Notes: generated from the letters alone by a model not told the origin. A DNA stretch of 35,612 bases from Chloroflexota bacterium (GCA_021825385.1 JAKAHU010000003.1:1-35612), one strand, 5' to 3'; counted from the stretch's first letter, positions 1 to 8,850 are shown. Made by a program: numbers and translations.

Positions 1-111
1 ACCCTGGGCCGGCGCTGCTACGCGATGGAGATCGACCCCAAGTACGTCCAGGTCGCGATCGAGCGCTGGCAGAACTTCACGGGGCGAGCGGCGGAGCGCG
101 TCGATGGGTAG
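1..111 (+). CDS. C-terminal fragment of phage DNA methyltransferase (N6/N4 type), truncated by window edge
   Basis: Frame 1 reads TLGRRCYAMEIDPKYVQVAIERWQNFTGRAAERVDG*, the typical C-terminus of phage (often ParB-fused) N6_N4 methylases found before terS; stop TAG 109-111 overlaps terS start. Confidence 0.8.
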   Translation, partial: TLGRRCYAMEIDPKYVQVAIERWQNFTGRAAERVDG

Positions 112-595
112 GCGCGGCCCGGCCCCGATCCCGACGAAGGTGAAGCAGCTCCGCGGCGAGACCCGCCCGAGCCGGCTCAACCTGCGCGAGCCGATGCCGT
201 CTCCGGACGTCCCGAAGATGCCCGCGGACATGGACGACGCGGCGAAGGCCGTCTGGCGGCGGGTCATGCGCGACATGCGCCACACAGGCGTCATCCGGGC
301 CGCCGACGCCGACGTCCTGCGCTGCTACTGCGAGGCGGTGAGTCGCTACGCCCAAGCGGCGCGCCTGTACGCGCAGTCCGGGCCGATCGTCTCGCGCGAC
401 GGGAACCTCGTGAAGAACCCGCTCCACCAGGTCGCCCGCGACAACGCCGACGAGATCCGCCAGTTCGCCCGCGAGCTCGGCCTGTCGCCCTCGGCGCGGG
501 TGGGCCTGCGGATCGAGCCCGAGCACGCGCTCGACGCGCTCACCGCCGAGATCGGGCTGCCGCCGAGGCTGCGGGTGGTCGGCGATGTGGGCTGA
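104..595 (+). CDS. terS: Terminase small subunit, P27 family
   Basis: MGRRGPAPIPTKVKQLRG N-terminus, KNPLHQVARD...ELGLSPSAR C-terminal motif; directly upstream of terL. Confidence 0.93.
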   Translation: MGRRGPAPIPTKVKQLRGETRPSRLNLREPMPSPDVPKMPADMDDAAKAVWRRVMRDMRHTGVIRAADADVLRCYCEAVSRYAQAARLYAQSGPIVSRDGNLVKNPLHQVARDNADEIRQFARELGLSPSARVGLRIEPEHALDALTAEIGLPPRLRVVGDVG

Positions 596-598
596 GCC

Positions 599-2122
599 GT
601 GGTCCCCGACGCCCTCTCCGGTGGCCCCCACTTCGCCGCGTACTGCGAGCGGTACATCCGCCACACCAAGGGCCGCTGGGCCGGACGCCCCCTCATCTAC
701 GAGGACTGGCAGCGCGAGTTCTGGTGGGAGGCCCTGGAGTTCGACCCCGCGACCGGCCTCCGCATCTACAACGAGGTCGGCCTCGGCATCCCCCGCAAGA
801 ACACCAAGTCGACGATGGCCAGCGCTGCCGGCTTGTACATGCTCGACGCCGACGGCGAGCCCGAACCCGAGGTCTACGTCGCCGCTGCCGCCCGCAACCA
901 GGCCGGCATCGTGCTCGGCCAGGCCCGGAGCATGGTCCAGCGCAGCCCGCTCCTGCTCGACCGCCTTGTCCCGCACCGGTACGCGATCGAGTGCCCCCGC
1001 AACGGCGGGGTCATGCGCTCCCTGTCGTCTGATGCCGCGCTCCAGCATGGCCTCAACCCGTCGGCCAACATCATCGACGAGCTCCACGCCCATCGCAGCG
1101 CCGAGCTCTACACGGCCCTCACAACCGGCACCGGCGCCCGCGAGCAGCCCTTCACGCTGTGGATCACGACCGCCGGCGTCGCCGGCGAGGGCATCCTCGC
1201 CGAGCTCTTCGACTCGATGTTCACCGGATCCGGCGAGCTCGAGGACCGGGGATCGCTGCTCATCTACCGCGACCGCACGAACGGCACGCTCATCTACTGG
1301 TACGGCGCCCCGCGCGACGCCGACATCGAGGACCCCGCGGTCTGGTACGCCGCGAACCCCGTCTCGTGGCTGCACGACGGCAAGTACCTGGGCGCCCAGT
1401 TCGCCCGACTCAAGGCTCGTGGCGCGCTCCTCGAATGGCGCCGCTACCACCTCAACCAGTTCGTCGGGTTCGAGGACACCTGGCTCCGTGAGGGCGCCTG
1501 GCGGGCGACCGAGGGCGACCTCCCGCTCAGCGTCGCGCTCCCGGTCGGCGTGGGCATCGACCGCAGCCCCGGCGGCGAGCTCGGCGCGGTCGCGGTCGCG
1601 CAGCGCCAGGGGGACCGGGTCGTGGTGAGGGCGCAGGTGTTCGCCCCGGAGTCCGCGACCGGGATGGCCAGCGCCGAGGCGATGCGCGTCCGCCTGAGGG
1701 GCCTGCGCGTCGAGTTCCCCCTGGCGCAGTCCCGCGACGAGCGGACGAAGCGGGCGCTCGCTGGGCCTGCGTTCGCCTTCGATCGCCTGGCCTTTGGCGA
1801 GTCGGCCGAGATGCTCGAGTCGGACGGGCTCGCGATGGTCGACGTCCCGATGACGGCGGCGGTCATGGGCCCGCCCTCGACCTTGACCTACGAGCTCATC
1901 ACGACCGGGCGCCTGGTCCACGACGACGACCCGATCCTCGCCGAACACGTCGCCAACACGACCGCGGTGCTGACCGACCGCGGGATGAAGATCACCCGCT
2001 CCAAGCACGGCTCGACGCGCCCGAACGTGGCTGCCGTGGCGATGGTCCGTGCCGTCGCGATGGCGATGCAGGAGCCGCCGACGCCGTTCGTCCGCACGCC
2101 CCGGGCGCCGGTGGGGTTCTGA
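599..2122 (+). CDS. terL: Terminase large subunit
   Basis: WQREF, PRKNTKST (variant Walker A), HGLNPSANIIDELH (Walker B), ITTAG coupling motif, ANP, RYHLNQF. Confidence 0.93.
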   Translation: MVPDALSGGPHFAAYCERYIRHTKGRWAGRPLIYEDWQREFWWEALEFDPATGLRIYNEVGLGIPRKNTKSTMASAAGLYMLDADGEPEPEVYVAAAARNQAGIVLGQARSMVQRSPLLLDRLVPHRYAIECPRNGGVMRSLSSDAALQHGLNPSANIIDELHAHRSAELYTALTTGTGAREQPFTLWITTAGVAGEGILAELFDSMFTGSGELEDRGSLLIYRDRTNGTLIYWYGAPRDADIEDPAVWYAANPVSWLHDGKYLGAQFARLKARGALLEWRRYHLNQFVGFEDTWLREGAWRATEGDLPLSVALPVGVGIDRSPGGELGAVAVAQRQGDRVVVRAQVFAPESATGMASAEAMRVRLRGLRVEFPLAQSRDERTKRALAGPAFAFDRLAFGESAEMLESDGLAMVDVPMTAAVMGPPSTLTYELITTGRLVHDDDPILAEHVANTTAVLTDRGMKITRSKHGSTRPNVAAVAMVRAVAMAMQEPPTPFVRTPRAPVGF

Positions 2123-2124
2123 CG

Positions 2125-3567
2125 ATGCTCGACCCCACCCGGACCCTCGTCCCGGGCTCCCTCGACTGGTGGCTCGCCCGACTTGGTCGGCGCCTCGACG
2201 ATCGGCGCGTACCGATGACCCGCTTCGAGGACTACTACGCGGGCGTCCAGCCGCTCGCCTTCGCGTCCGCCAAGTTCCGCCAGGCGTTCGGCGACCGGTT
2301 CCCGGCGTTCTCGTCCAACTTCATGGCCCTCGTCGTCGACGCCCACCGCGAGCGTCTCCACGTCCAGGGCATCCGGATCGGCGATGCGCCCGAGGGCGAT
2401 GCCGACGCCTGGCGCTGGTGGCAGGAGAACCGGCTCGATGCCGAGTCGCAGAAGGCGCACACCGAATCGCTCGTCAAGGGGATCGCCTACGCGCTTGTCT
2501 GGCCGGACTCCGGAACGCACCTGCCCGAGGTGACGATCGAGTCGCCGCTCCAGGTCGTCGTCGAGACCGAGCCCGGCAAGAGCTGGAAGCGGCGTGCCGC
2601 CCTCAAGCGCTGGCTCGACGACGACGGCCGCTACCGCGCCGAGCTCTACCTGCCCGACGGGATCTACAAGTTCCACTCGGAGCAGAAGGCGGCGTGGTTC
2701 AGCGCTCCCGCGTGGGCGTCAGTCGCGACTTGGACGCGGGACGAGATCGCCACCGAGTCGTGGCCCGTGGCGAACCCGCTCGGCGTGGTCCCGATCGTGC
2801 CGATCGTCAACCGGCCCCGCCTGGCCGGCGACGGGCAGTCCGAGATCGCGATGGTGATGAGCAACCAGGACGCGATCAACAAGCTCCGCGCCGACGCCCT
2901 GATCTCGTCCGAGTTCGCGTCGTTCCGCCAGCGCTGGATCATCGGCATGGACATCCCGGTCGACCCGGAGACTGGCCAGCCGGTCGAGCCGTTCCGCTCG
3001 GCCGTCGACCGCCTGTGGATGGTCCCCCCGCCCGACCCCGATGACCCCAACCCGCCCAAGGTCGAGTTCGGGGAGTTCGAGCAGACCGACCTCGCGCCCA
3101 TCTACGCCGGGATCGACACCGAGGTCCAGCACCTGGGCGCGATCAGCCGCACGCCCTACCACTACCTCCTCCCGCAGTCGGGCCAGCCGCCCTCGGGCGA
3201 GTCGCTCAAGTCGTCCGAGACCGGGCTCATGGCCAAGGTCGCCGACTCGATGCTCAACAAGGGCGAGTCCTGGGAAGAGGTCTTCCGCCTCAACTTCGCC
3301 TTCCGGGGCGACCCGCGGGCGAACGACACCGCGTCCGAGATCATCTGGCAGGACCCGGAAAGCAGGACCGAGGCCGTCCACACCGACGCCCTCGTGAAGC
3401 AGAAGAGCCTCGGCATCCCCGACGAGATCCTGTGGGAAGGCCTCGGCTACTCGCCGCAGCAGATCGCCCGGATCAAGCGGCTGATCGCCGCGGCTCCACC
3501 GCCCGCACCGGTCCAGCCACCCGTGGTCATGCCGATGGTGGCGCCCGGTGCGCAGGTCAACCCGTGA
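2125..3567 (+). CDS. Portal protein (SPP1 gp6-like)
   Basis: DYYAG, NFMALVVD, NPLGVVPIV, QDAIN, SGESLK, IWQDPE motifs; position after terL. Confidence 0.92.
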   Translation: MLDPTRTLVPGSLDWWLARLGRRLDDRRVPMTRFEDYYAGVQPLAFASAKFRQAFGDRFPAFSSNFMALVVDAHRERLHVQGIRIGDAPEGDADAWRWWQENRLDAESQKAHTESLVKGIAYALVWPDSGTHLPEVTIESPLQVVVETEPGKSWKRRAALKRWLDDDGRYRAELYLPDGIYKFHSEQKAAWFSAPAWASVATWTRDEIATESWPVANPLGVVPIVPIVNRPRLAGDGQSEIAMVMSNQDAINKLRADALISSEFASFRQRWIIGMDIPVDPETGQPVEPFRSAVDRLWMVPPPDPDDPNPPKVEFGEFEQTDLAPIYAGIDTEVQHLGAISRTPYHYLLPQSGQPPSGESLKSSETGLMAKVADSMLNKGESWEEVFRLNFAFRGDPRANDTASEIIWQDPESRTEAVHTDALVKQKSLGIPDEILWEGLGYSPQQIARIKRLIAAAPPPAPVQPPVVMPMVAPGAQVNP

Positions 3568-3634
3568 AACCGAACACCCGTCCAATCGACCCCGGCAGTC
3601 CCCGTTGACACGGGGAGAAAGGCAGCTACCCTCG

Positions 3635-4222
3635 ATGGCAGAAGACACGACCACGGGCGCGACGCCCGGCACTGGCGCGACGCCGGTGCAGGCCGGTCCG
3701 GCAACCACGGCACCAGCCGAGCCCAAGCCCGCGACGGGCGAGGACGATCTCGGTGAGGCCGGCAAGAAGGTCCTCCGCGAACTTCGCTCCGCTGAGCGCG
3801 ATGCGCAGCGTCGAGCCGAAGCCGCCGAGCGCGAACTTGCCGATCTCCGGTCCGCAACCCAGACCGACCAGGAGAAGGCGCTTGCCCAAGCCAGGCGCGA
3901 GGCGGCCGCCGAAGAGCGCGCCAAGTTCGAGACGAAGCTCCGCCGGGCGGAAGTCCGTTCCGCGCTGCGCTCGGCCGGGCTCGCCAACGACGCGGTCCTC
4001 GAGCTCGCGATGAAGTCCGACCTCTTCGCGGCCCTCGCGGTCGACGACGAGGGCCGGGTGACCGACCTCGAGAAGGCGATCGCCCAGCTCAAGAAGGACG
4101 CTCCCGAGCTGTTCGTCACCGCGTCCGCCGGAACCGTCACCCGGGGCGTTCAGACGCCGCAACTCGACCGACCGAAGGATCTCGAGTCGTCCATCCGCGA
4201 CCACTACGAGCAGAAGCACTGA
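3635..4222 (+). CDS. Capsid scaffolding protein
   Basis: ATG 3635 with AGAAAGG upstream; low-complexity N-terminus, LGEAGKKVL, coiled coil, APELF motif; lies between portal and capsid. Confidence 0.85.
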   Translation: MAEDTTTGATPGTGATPVQAGPATTAPAEPKPATGEDDLGEAGKKVLRELRSAERDAQRRAEAAERELADLRSATQTDQEKALAQARREAAAEERAKFETKLRRAEVRSALRSAGLANDAVLELAMKSDLFAALAVDDEGRVTDLEKAIAQLKKDAPELFVTASAGTVTRGVQTPQLDRPKDLESSIRDHYEQKH

Positions 4223-4260
4223 CCGCCCGGCTCGCCGGGCGATAGAAAGGACCGACCACC

Positions 4261-5550
4261 GTGCCTGTGACCCTCGCCCAGGCGAGCCTCAACGCCGCGA
4301 CTGACCTCGACCGCAACGTCATCGACGAGTTCCGCAAGTCGAGCTTCCTGCTCGACCGGCTGCCGTTCGACCAGGCCGTCAACCCCGCCGGCGGCGGCTC
4401 GACCCTCGTCTACGGCTACACCCGCCAGATCACCCAGCGCGGCGCGGCGTTCCGCGCCTTCAACGCCGAGTACACGCCGGCCGAGGTGACCAAGGCGCAG
4501 TACACGACCAACCTCCGCCCTCTCGGCGGCAGCTTCCAGATCGACCGCGTGCTGGCCGATGTCGGCGCGATCAGCGAGGTCGCCTTCCAGCTCGATCAGC
4601 TGATCAAGGCGACCAAGGCGTACTTCGCCGACCAAGTCATCAACGGCGACAGCGCGGTGACCACCGACGGCTTCGACGGCCTGTCCAAGGCCCTCGCGGG
4701 CTCGTCCACCGAGATCGGCGGCGGCCCGGTCCTCGACTTCACGGCGGTGAACACGCAGATCCTGGCGCTCCAGGTGGTCCAGCGCCTCAACGCCTGGCTG
4801 GGACTGATGGACGGGTCGCCCGACGCGCTGCTGATGAACTCCACGGCCGCGTCCTGGTTCTCGCTCATCGCCGCCCTCTCGGGCCAGCTCCGCTCCACCA
4901 CAGACGCCTTCGGGCGGCCGATCGCGACGTTCCGGGACATCCCGATCGTTGACCTCGGCGCCAAGGCCGGCGTGTCGGCGGACGTGGTGGCGACGTATGG
5001 CGGGACCAACGAGGCCCAGACGGTCACGATCACCGGCACCCCGACCGGTGGCACGTTTACCCTCACGTTCGCCGGCCAGACCACGGCACCGATCGCCTAC
5101 AACGCGGCCGCGGCGGCGGTCGTCTCGGCCCTCGAGGCCCTCCCGAACATCGCCACCGGCGAAGTCACCGCGACCGGCGGCGCACTCCCGGGTACGCCCG
5201 TCGTCGTCACCTTCGGCGGCACGTATGCGGGCATCAACGTCCCGCAGATGACCGCGAGCGGCGCGGCGCTCACCGGCGGCACCACCCCGGCGGTCGCGGT
5301 GACGACCACGACCCCGGGCGGCACCGGCACCGGCACCGCGGCCACCGGCCTCACCGACATCTACGCCGTGCGCTTCGGCCTGGACGGCTTCCACGGCGTG
5401 GCGGTCACGGGGTCGCTCGTCAAGCAGTGGCTGCCCGACTTCTCCACCGCCGGGGCGGTGAAGACGGGCGAGGTCGAGATGGGTCCCGTGGCCGTCGCCC
5501 TCAAGGCGACCAAGGCCGCGGCGGTCTTCCGCAACGTCAAGGTCGCCTGA
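4261..5550 (+). CDS. Major capsid protein (HK97 fold) with ~105-aa internal insertion
   Basis: VIDEFRKSS, LGGSFQIDRVL, GFDGL, GLTDIYAVRFGLDGFHG, KTGEVEMGPVAVALKATKAA; SD AGAAAGGA before GTG. Confidence 0.92.
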   Translation: MPVTLAQASLNAATDLDRNVIDEFRKSSFLLDRLPFDQAVNPAGGGSTLVYGYTRQITQRGAAFRAFNAEYTPAEVTKAQYTTNLRPLGGSFQIDRVLADVGAISEVAFQLDQLIKATKAYFADQVINGDSAVTTDGFDGLSKALAGSSTEIGGGPVLDFTAVNTQILALQVVQRLNAWLGLMDGSPDALLMNSTAASWFSLIAALSGQLRSTTDAFGRPIATFRDIPIVDLGAKAGVSADVVATYGGTNEAQTVTITGTPTGGTFTLTFAGQTTAPIAYNAAAAAVVSALEALPNIATGEVTATGGALPGTPVVVTFGGTYAGINVPQMTASGAALTGGTTPAVAVTTTTPGGTGTGTAATGLTDIYAVRFGLDGFHGVAVTGSLVKQWLPDFSTAGAVKTGEVEMGPVAVALKATKAAAVFRNVKVA

Positions 5551-5574
5551 CCGGAAGGCACGGGAGCGATCGTC

Positions 5575-6144
5575 ATGTCCCTCGTGATGCTCGGTGAGGT
5601 CCGCTCGCTCGTCGAGACGGGCCTCACCGACGTCGACCTCCAGGCCGTGCTCGACCGCGAGGAGGGCTGGCTGGCGTCTCGGATCGGGCCGCTCACGGGC
5701 GTCCGCACCGAGACCTTCCGCCCGGTGCTTCCCGATGCCCCGATCTACATCCCGCGGCGCACCGACGCCGTTACGGTCACGGACAACGCGGTGCTGGTGC
5801 CCGAGACTGATCTGTGGTTCGTGCCGGCCACGGGGCTGATCCGCCGGATCAGCGTCCCCTGGCCGGGTCCGTGGACCGACTCCGCGAGCAAGCTCGGCAC
5901 CTGGACAGGCCCGGTCGCTGTCACGTACACGCCGACGGACGCGGACGTCCTGCGTCACGCGGTGATCGAGCTCGTCCGCGGCACGCTCGCCGAGACCGGC
6001 AGCGACGCCGAGACGATCGGCGACTACAGCTACAACCGTGGCGACGCATCCGTCCGCTTGGGCCGGCTCGCCCTCGCCCGGGGCGTGCTTCTCCGCCGGC
6101 CGGCCTACTCCGCTCGGCTCCGCTCGTCATTGGAGCCGGCATGA
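5575..6144 (+). CDS. Head-tail connector/adaptor protein
   Basis: Position after capsid gene; ETIGDYSY motif typical of gp6/gp15-like adaptors. Confidence 0.75.
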   Translation: MSLVMLGEVRSLVETGLTDVDLQAVLDREEGWLASRIGPLTGVRTETFRPVLPDAPIYIPRRTDAVTVTDNAVLVPETDLWFVPATGLIRRISVPWPGPWTDSASKLGTWTGPVAVTYTPTDADVLRHAVIELVRGTLAETGSDAETIGDYSYNRGDASVRLGRLALARGVLLRRPAYSARLRSSLEPA

Positions 6145-6479
6145 GCTTCGATCGGCTCCTGATCCACACGCTCGCGGTCGAGCGGGCGACGCCGGGGGCC
6201 ATCGGCGCCTATGGCCAGCCGTCCCGCACGTTCGCCACCCTCGCAACGTTCCGCGGCAGACTCGAGCCGAAGTCGGCCCGCGAGGTGGCGGCGCTCCACG
6301 GGGCGGGCGCCGTCGTCTCCGATCACACGCTCCGCACGCGGCCGCGTGACCTGCGGGCGAGCGACCGGATCCGCTTCGAGCCCGACGACGGGCGTCGCTT
6401 CGAGATCACCGGCATCCGCCTCATCGGTGCCCGGCACCACCTGACGATCGATCTCACGCTCATCGAGGCGGGCGTCTGA
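6141..6479 (+). CDS. Head closure (stopper) protein, SPP1 gp16-like
   Basis: ATGA overlap with previous stop; MSFDRLLIHTLAVER...YGQP...DRIRF...FEITGI beta-rich 112 aa. Confidence 0.8.
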   Translation: MSFDRLLIHTLAVERATPGAIGAYGQPSRTFATLATFRGRLEPKSAREVAALHGAGAVVSDHTLRTRPRDLRASDRIRFEPDDGRRFEITGIRLIGARHHLTIDLTLIEAGV

Positions 6480-6883
6480 TGGCCCGCAAGAACAACCGCG
6501 TCGTGCTCAACCGGGCTGCCCTCGACGCGGTCACGCTGGGGCTGGCCGACGGCCTGCTCGCGCTCGCGGATGCGGTGATCGCGGCGACCAAGGTTCCCGA
6601 CGCGCCGGTCCTGGGAGCGGGCCTCATCGAAGCGGGCGGGACCGTCGCCTACGTCGCAGGCAAGAAGGTCGGCGGGGCGGCCAAGAAGCCCTCGGCGATG
6701 AAGGTCCGCAGCATGGGCGTCGCGGTCGCCGGAGGCTTCCCGTTCCCGGCCCGGTTCCAGGAACTCGGCACGGTCCACCAGCCGGCCCGGCCGTTCTTGA
6801 CGCCGGCCCTCCTCTCCACCGTGTCGGGCGCGGAGCCATTCATCAAGGCGGCGACCGCGAAGCGACTGGCGGCCCTCCGGTGA
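6479..6883 (+). CDS. Neck/tail completion protein, HK97 gp10-like
   Basis: FQELGTVHQPARPFLTPAL motif; position in neck cluster. Confidence 0.82.
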   Translation: MARKNNRVVLNRAALDAVTLGLADGLLALADAVIAATKVPDAPVLGAGLIEAGGTVAYVAGKKVGGAAKKPSAMKVRSMGVAVAGGFPFPARFQELGTVHQPARPFLTPALLSTVSGAEPFIKAATAKRLAALR

Positions 6884-7296
6884 TCGATCCCCTCGACACG
6901 CTGCTCGGCGAGATCCGCGACAACAGCGCCGTCGCGGCGCTCACGACGCGCATCCGGGGCGGCGAGCCTGCCCCGGGCGACGCGGCCAGCCCGTTCCTGC
7001 GCTTCGTCGTCCTCGTCCGCCTGGGCTCAGCTCGCGACAAGCGGGCCCCCGTGCAGGAGGTCCGGATCGGCGTGCGCTGCTACGGCACGAGCTTCGCCGA
7101 CGCGGCCGCGCTGTACGGCGCGGTGTCCGAGGCCATCCACAACGTCGGGCCTCGGATTGGAGCGACCGGCGTGCTCATCCACCGCAGCTTCGACGACGCC
7201 GGCATGGGGGCCCAGACGGATCCCGACACCGGCCAGCCCCACGAGGACGGGGTCATCTCTCTGTTCGCGGCGACACAGGTCGTCGCGGCCACCTGA
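6880..7296 (+). CDS. Tail terminator protein
   Basis: VAALTTRI...PFLRFVV...VRCYG..ADAAALYGAV pattern; GTGA overlap; immediately precedes tail tube gene. Confidence 0.72.
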   Translation: MIDPLDTLLGEIRDNSAVAALTTRIRGGEPAPGDAASPFLRFVVLVRLGSARDKRAPVQEVRIGVRCYGTSFADAAALYGAVSEAIHNVGPRIGATGVLIHRSFDDAGMGAQTDPDTGQPHEDGVISLFAATQVVAAT

Positions 7297-7314
7297 CGCG
7301 AAAGGAGCACCGGC

Positions 7315-8118
7315 ATGGGACTCGTCATCGATCCCAAGGCGTACATCATCGGCGCGGCCGAGGTCTACTACCGCTCGATCGGGGCGTCCGGCCCCTGGTC
7401 GAGCATCGGGGCGACGGTCGACGACGTCGTCTTCCGGGTGAACCAGACGACGTTCAACCCGTCCGAGAACTTCAACGGCGTCCTCGAGCCGATCCGCGAG
7501 ATGGACTACATCAGCAAGGCGGGCGCCGAGGCCGAGTTCACGATGCCCGAGTTCGCGGGCTCCAAGCTCGCCCTGGCGGTCCTCGGCGCCCAGTCCGCGA
7601 CGCTCCCGACGACCGACGCGGGCGGCACCCCGCTCACGACAACCCTCGCCGCAGCGGCCGCGATCGGCGACACGGCGGTCAAGGTGGTCGCGGTCACGAA
7701 CGCGGCGGTCGGCGACTACATCCGGATCAACGTCGCCGGTGCCCTCGCCGAGTACCGACGGATCGACGTCGTCGGCACCGCGGGGGCCGGTGGCACCGGC
7801 TTGGGGTTCCGCGACCCGCTCCTCAAAGCCCACGCCAGCGGCGTGGCGGTCGTCGAGACGGTCGGCGACGGCAAGACCGAGATCACCCCAGGCACCGTCC
7901 GCCGCCAGCCGCTCTCGGCCTACAACGACTTCGTCCTCGTGGCCCAGAGCCCGTCCGACTACTACGAGCTCTACCTCTACAACGCGATCAGCAAGACCGA
8001 CGCCGCCGAGGTCACGTTCGGCGACGAGAGCATGGCGGCGATCAAGGTCTCGCTCGGCACCCGGCGTGACGGGGCGAACCTCGCCCTGCCGTCCTGGCGC
8101 CTGCGCATCCCGGCCTGA
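7315..8118 (+). CDS. Major tail (tube) protein with inserted small beta domain
   Basis: Strong SD GAAAGGAG; IGATVDDVVF, AEFTMPE motifs; canonical position before chaperones and tape measure. Confidence 0.8.
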   Translation: MGLVIDPKAYIIGAAEVYYRSIGASGPWSSIGATVDDVVFRVNQTTFNPSENFNGVLEPIREMDYISKAGAEAEFTMPEFAGSKLALAVLGAQSATLPTTDAGGTPLTTTLAAAAAIGDTAVKVVAVTNAAVGDYIRINVAGALAEYRRIDVVGTAGAGGTGLGFRDPLLKAHASGVAVVETVGDGKTEITPGTVRRQPLSAYNDFVLVAQSPSDYYELYLYNAISKTDAAEVTFGDESMAAIKVSLGTRRDGANLALPSWRLRIPA

Positions 8119-8122
8119 TCCG

Positions 8123-8590
8123 ATGACCGCCAGTGAAGAGGAGGTCCTCGCGGGCCTCCTCACCGTGACGGTCGGCGGAATCGAGAAGACCATGCCGACC
8201 CTGCCCATCCGCGACGCCCGCGACTGGCGCAAGCGCCTGGCCGCCGAGGTCGCCCCGATCGCCGGACTGCAGATCGACGCGAACGACTGGGCGGGGATGC
8301 CCGAGAAGCTCCAGCTCGCCGAGGACACGATGCTCGAGCTCATCGTGGCCTACGACCGGACGGGGGCCCTCGGCGGTCGCGAGTGGCTCGAGGAGCACGC
8401 CTGGCCGCGCGAGCTCGGCCCGATCTTCACCGCGTGCGTCGAGGCCGTCTTCCCTTTCGATCGGCGGGCCGGAGTGCCGGGCGGTCCGGCGGGCGCACCG
8501 TCACCAGGGCCGAGCTTTACGAGTGGGCCCTCGCCCACTGGGGCCTCGATCCGCTCGCCCTTGAGCGGCGGCTCGACGGACGCCAGCTAG
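8123..8590 (+). CDS. Tail assembly chaperone (gpG-like)
   Basis: ATG 8123 just after tube stop; acidic helical protein between tail tube and tape measure; contains slippery heptamer at 8452-8458. Confidence 0.78.
   Translation: MTASEEEVLAGLLTVTVGGIEKTMPTLPIRDARDWRKRLAAEVAPIAGLQIDANDWAGMPEKLQLAEDTMLELIVAYDRTGALGGREWLEEHAWPRELGPIFTACVEAVFPFDRRAGVPGGPAGAPSPGPSFTSGPSPTGASIRSPLSGGSTDAS
8452..8458 (+). promoter_or_regulatory. -1 programmed ribosomal frameshift site C CCT TTC
   Basis: X XXY YYZ heptamer correctly phased in the gpG frame (...TTC CCT TTC GAT) with an open -1 frame. Confidence 0.78.
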
Positions 8591-8850
8591 AGATGCTCTG
8601 GACGGCCGGCCAGCGCCGGCTCGCACGAGAGGGCCGGGAACGGCTCGCCGAGCTCTACGTCGGCGTCCGTGACGGCTACGTCGCGGGCAACGTCGCGACG
8701 GGCAAGGCCAAGGCGCACGGCGGGGCCCATGTCCCCTCCTATCTCCGGCCTGACGCCGAGCAGCGCAGCTCGACGGCGACCCGCGGCCTCGGCCAGCTGC
8801 TGCGCGACTTCCCTGGCCACGTCGCCCGGGGCACGGAGTTCACCCACTGA
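8452..8850 (+). CDS. Tail assembly chaperone -1 frame extension (gpT-like; gpGT fusion 8123-8850)
   Basis: Open -1 frame from the C CCT TTC site to a TGA overlapping the tape measure ATG; LYEWALAHWGLDP...LDGRQL typical of gpT-like segments. Confidence 0.75.
   Translation, partial: PFRSAGRSAGRSGGRTVTRAELYEWALAHWGLDPLALERRLDGRQLEMLWTAGQRRLAREGRERLAELYVGVRDGYVAGNVATGKAKAHGGAHVPSYLRPDAEQRSSTATRGLGQLLRDFPGHVARGTEFTH

Noticed and set aside
3605-3632. TTGACA-N16-TACCCT possible promoter before the scaffold gene
   Set aside because: The implied start site would fall at or after the ATG at 3635 and exclude the SD; the hexamer is better explained as part of the hairpin
77-5958. Long minus-strand ORFs (77-2008, 2719-4140, 4204-5958) and similar shadows such as 14753-16306, 23561-25348 and 29280-31019
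   Set aside because: Antisense shadows of real high-GC3 genes; no motifs or SD, and fully overlapped by well-supported CDSs
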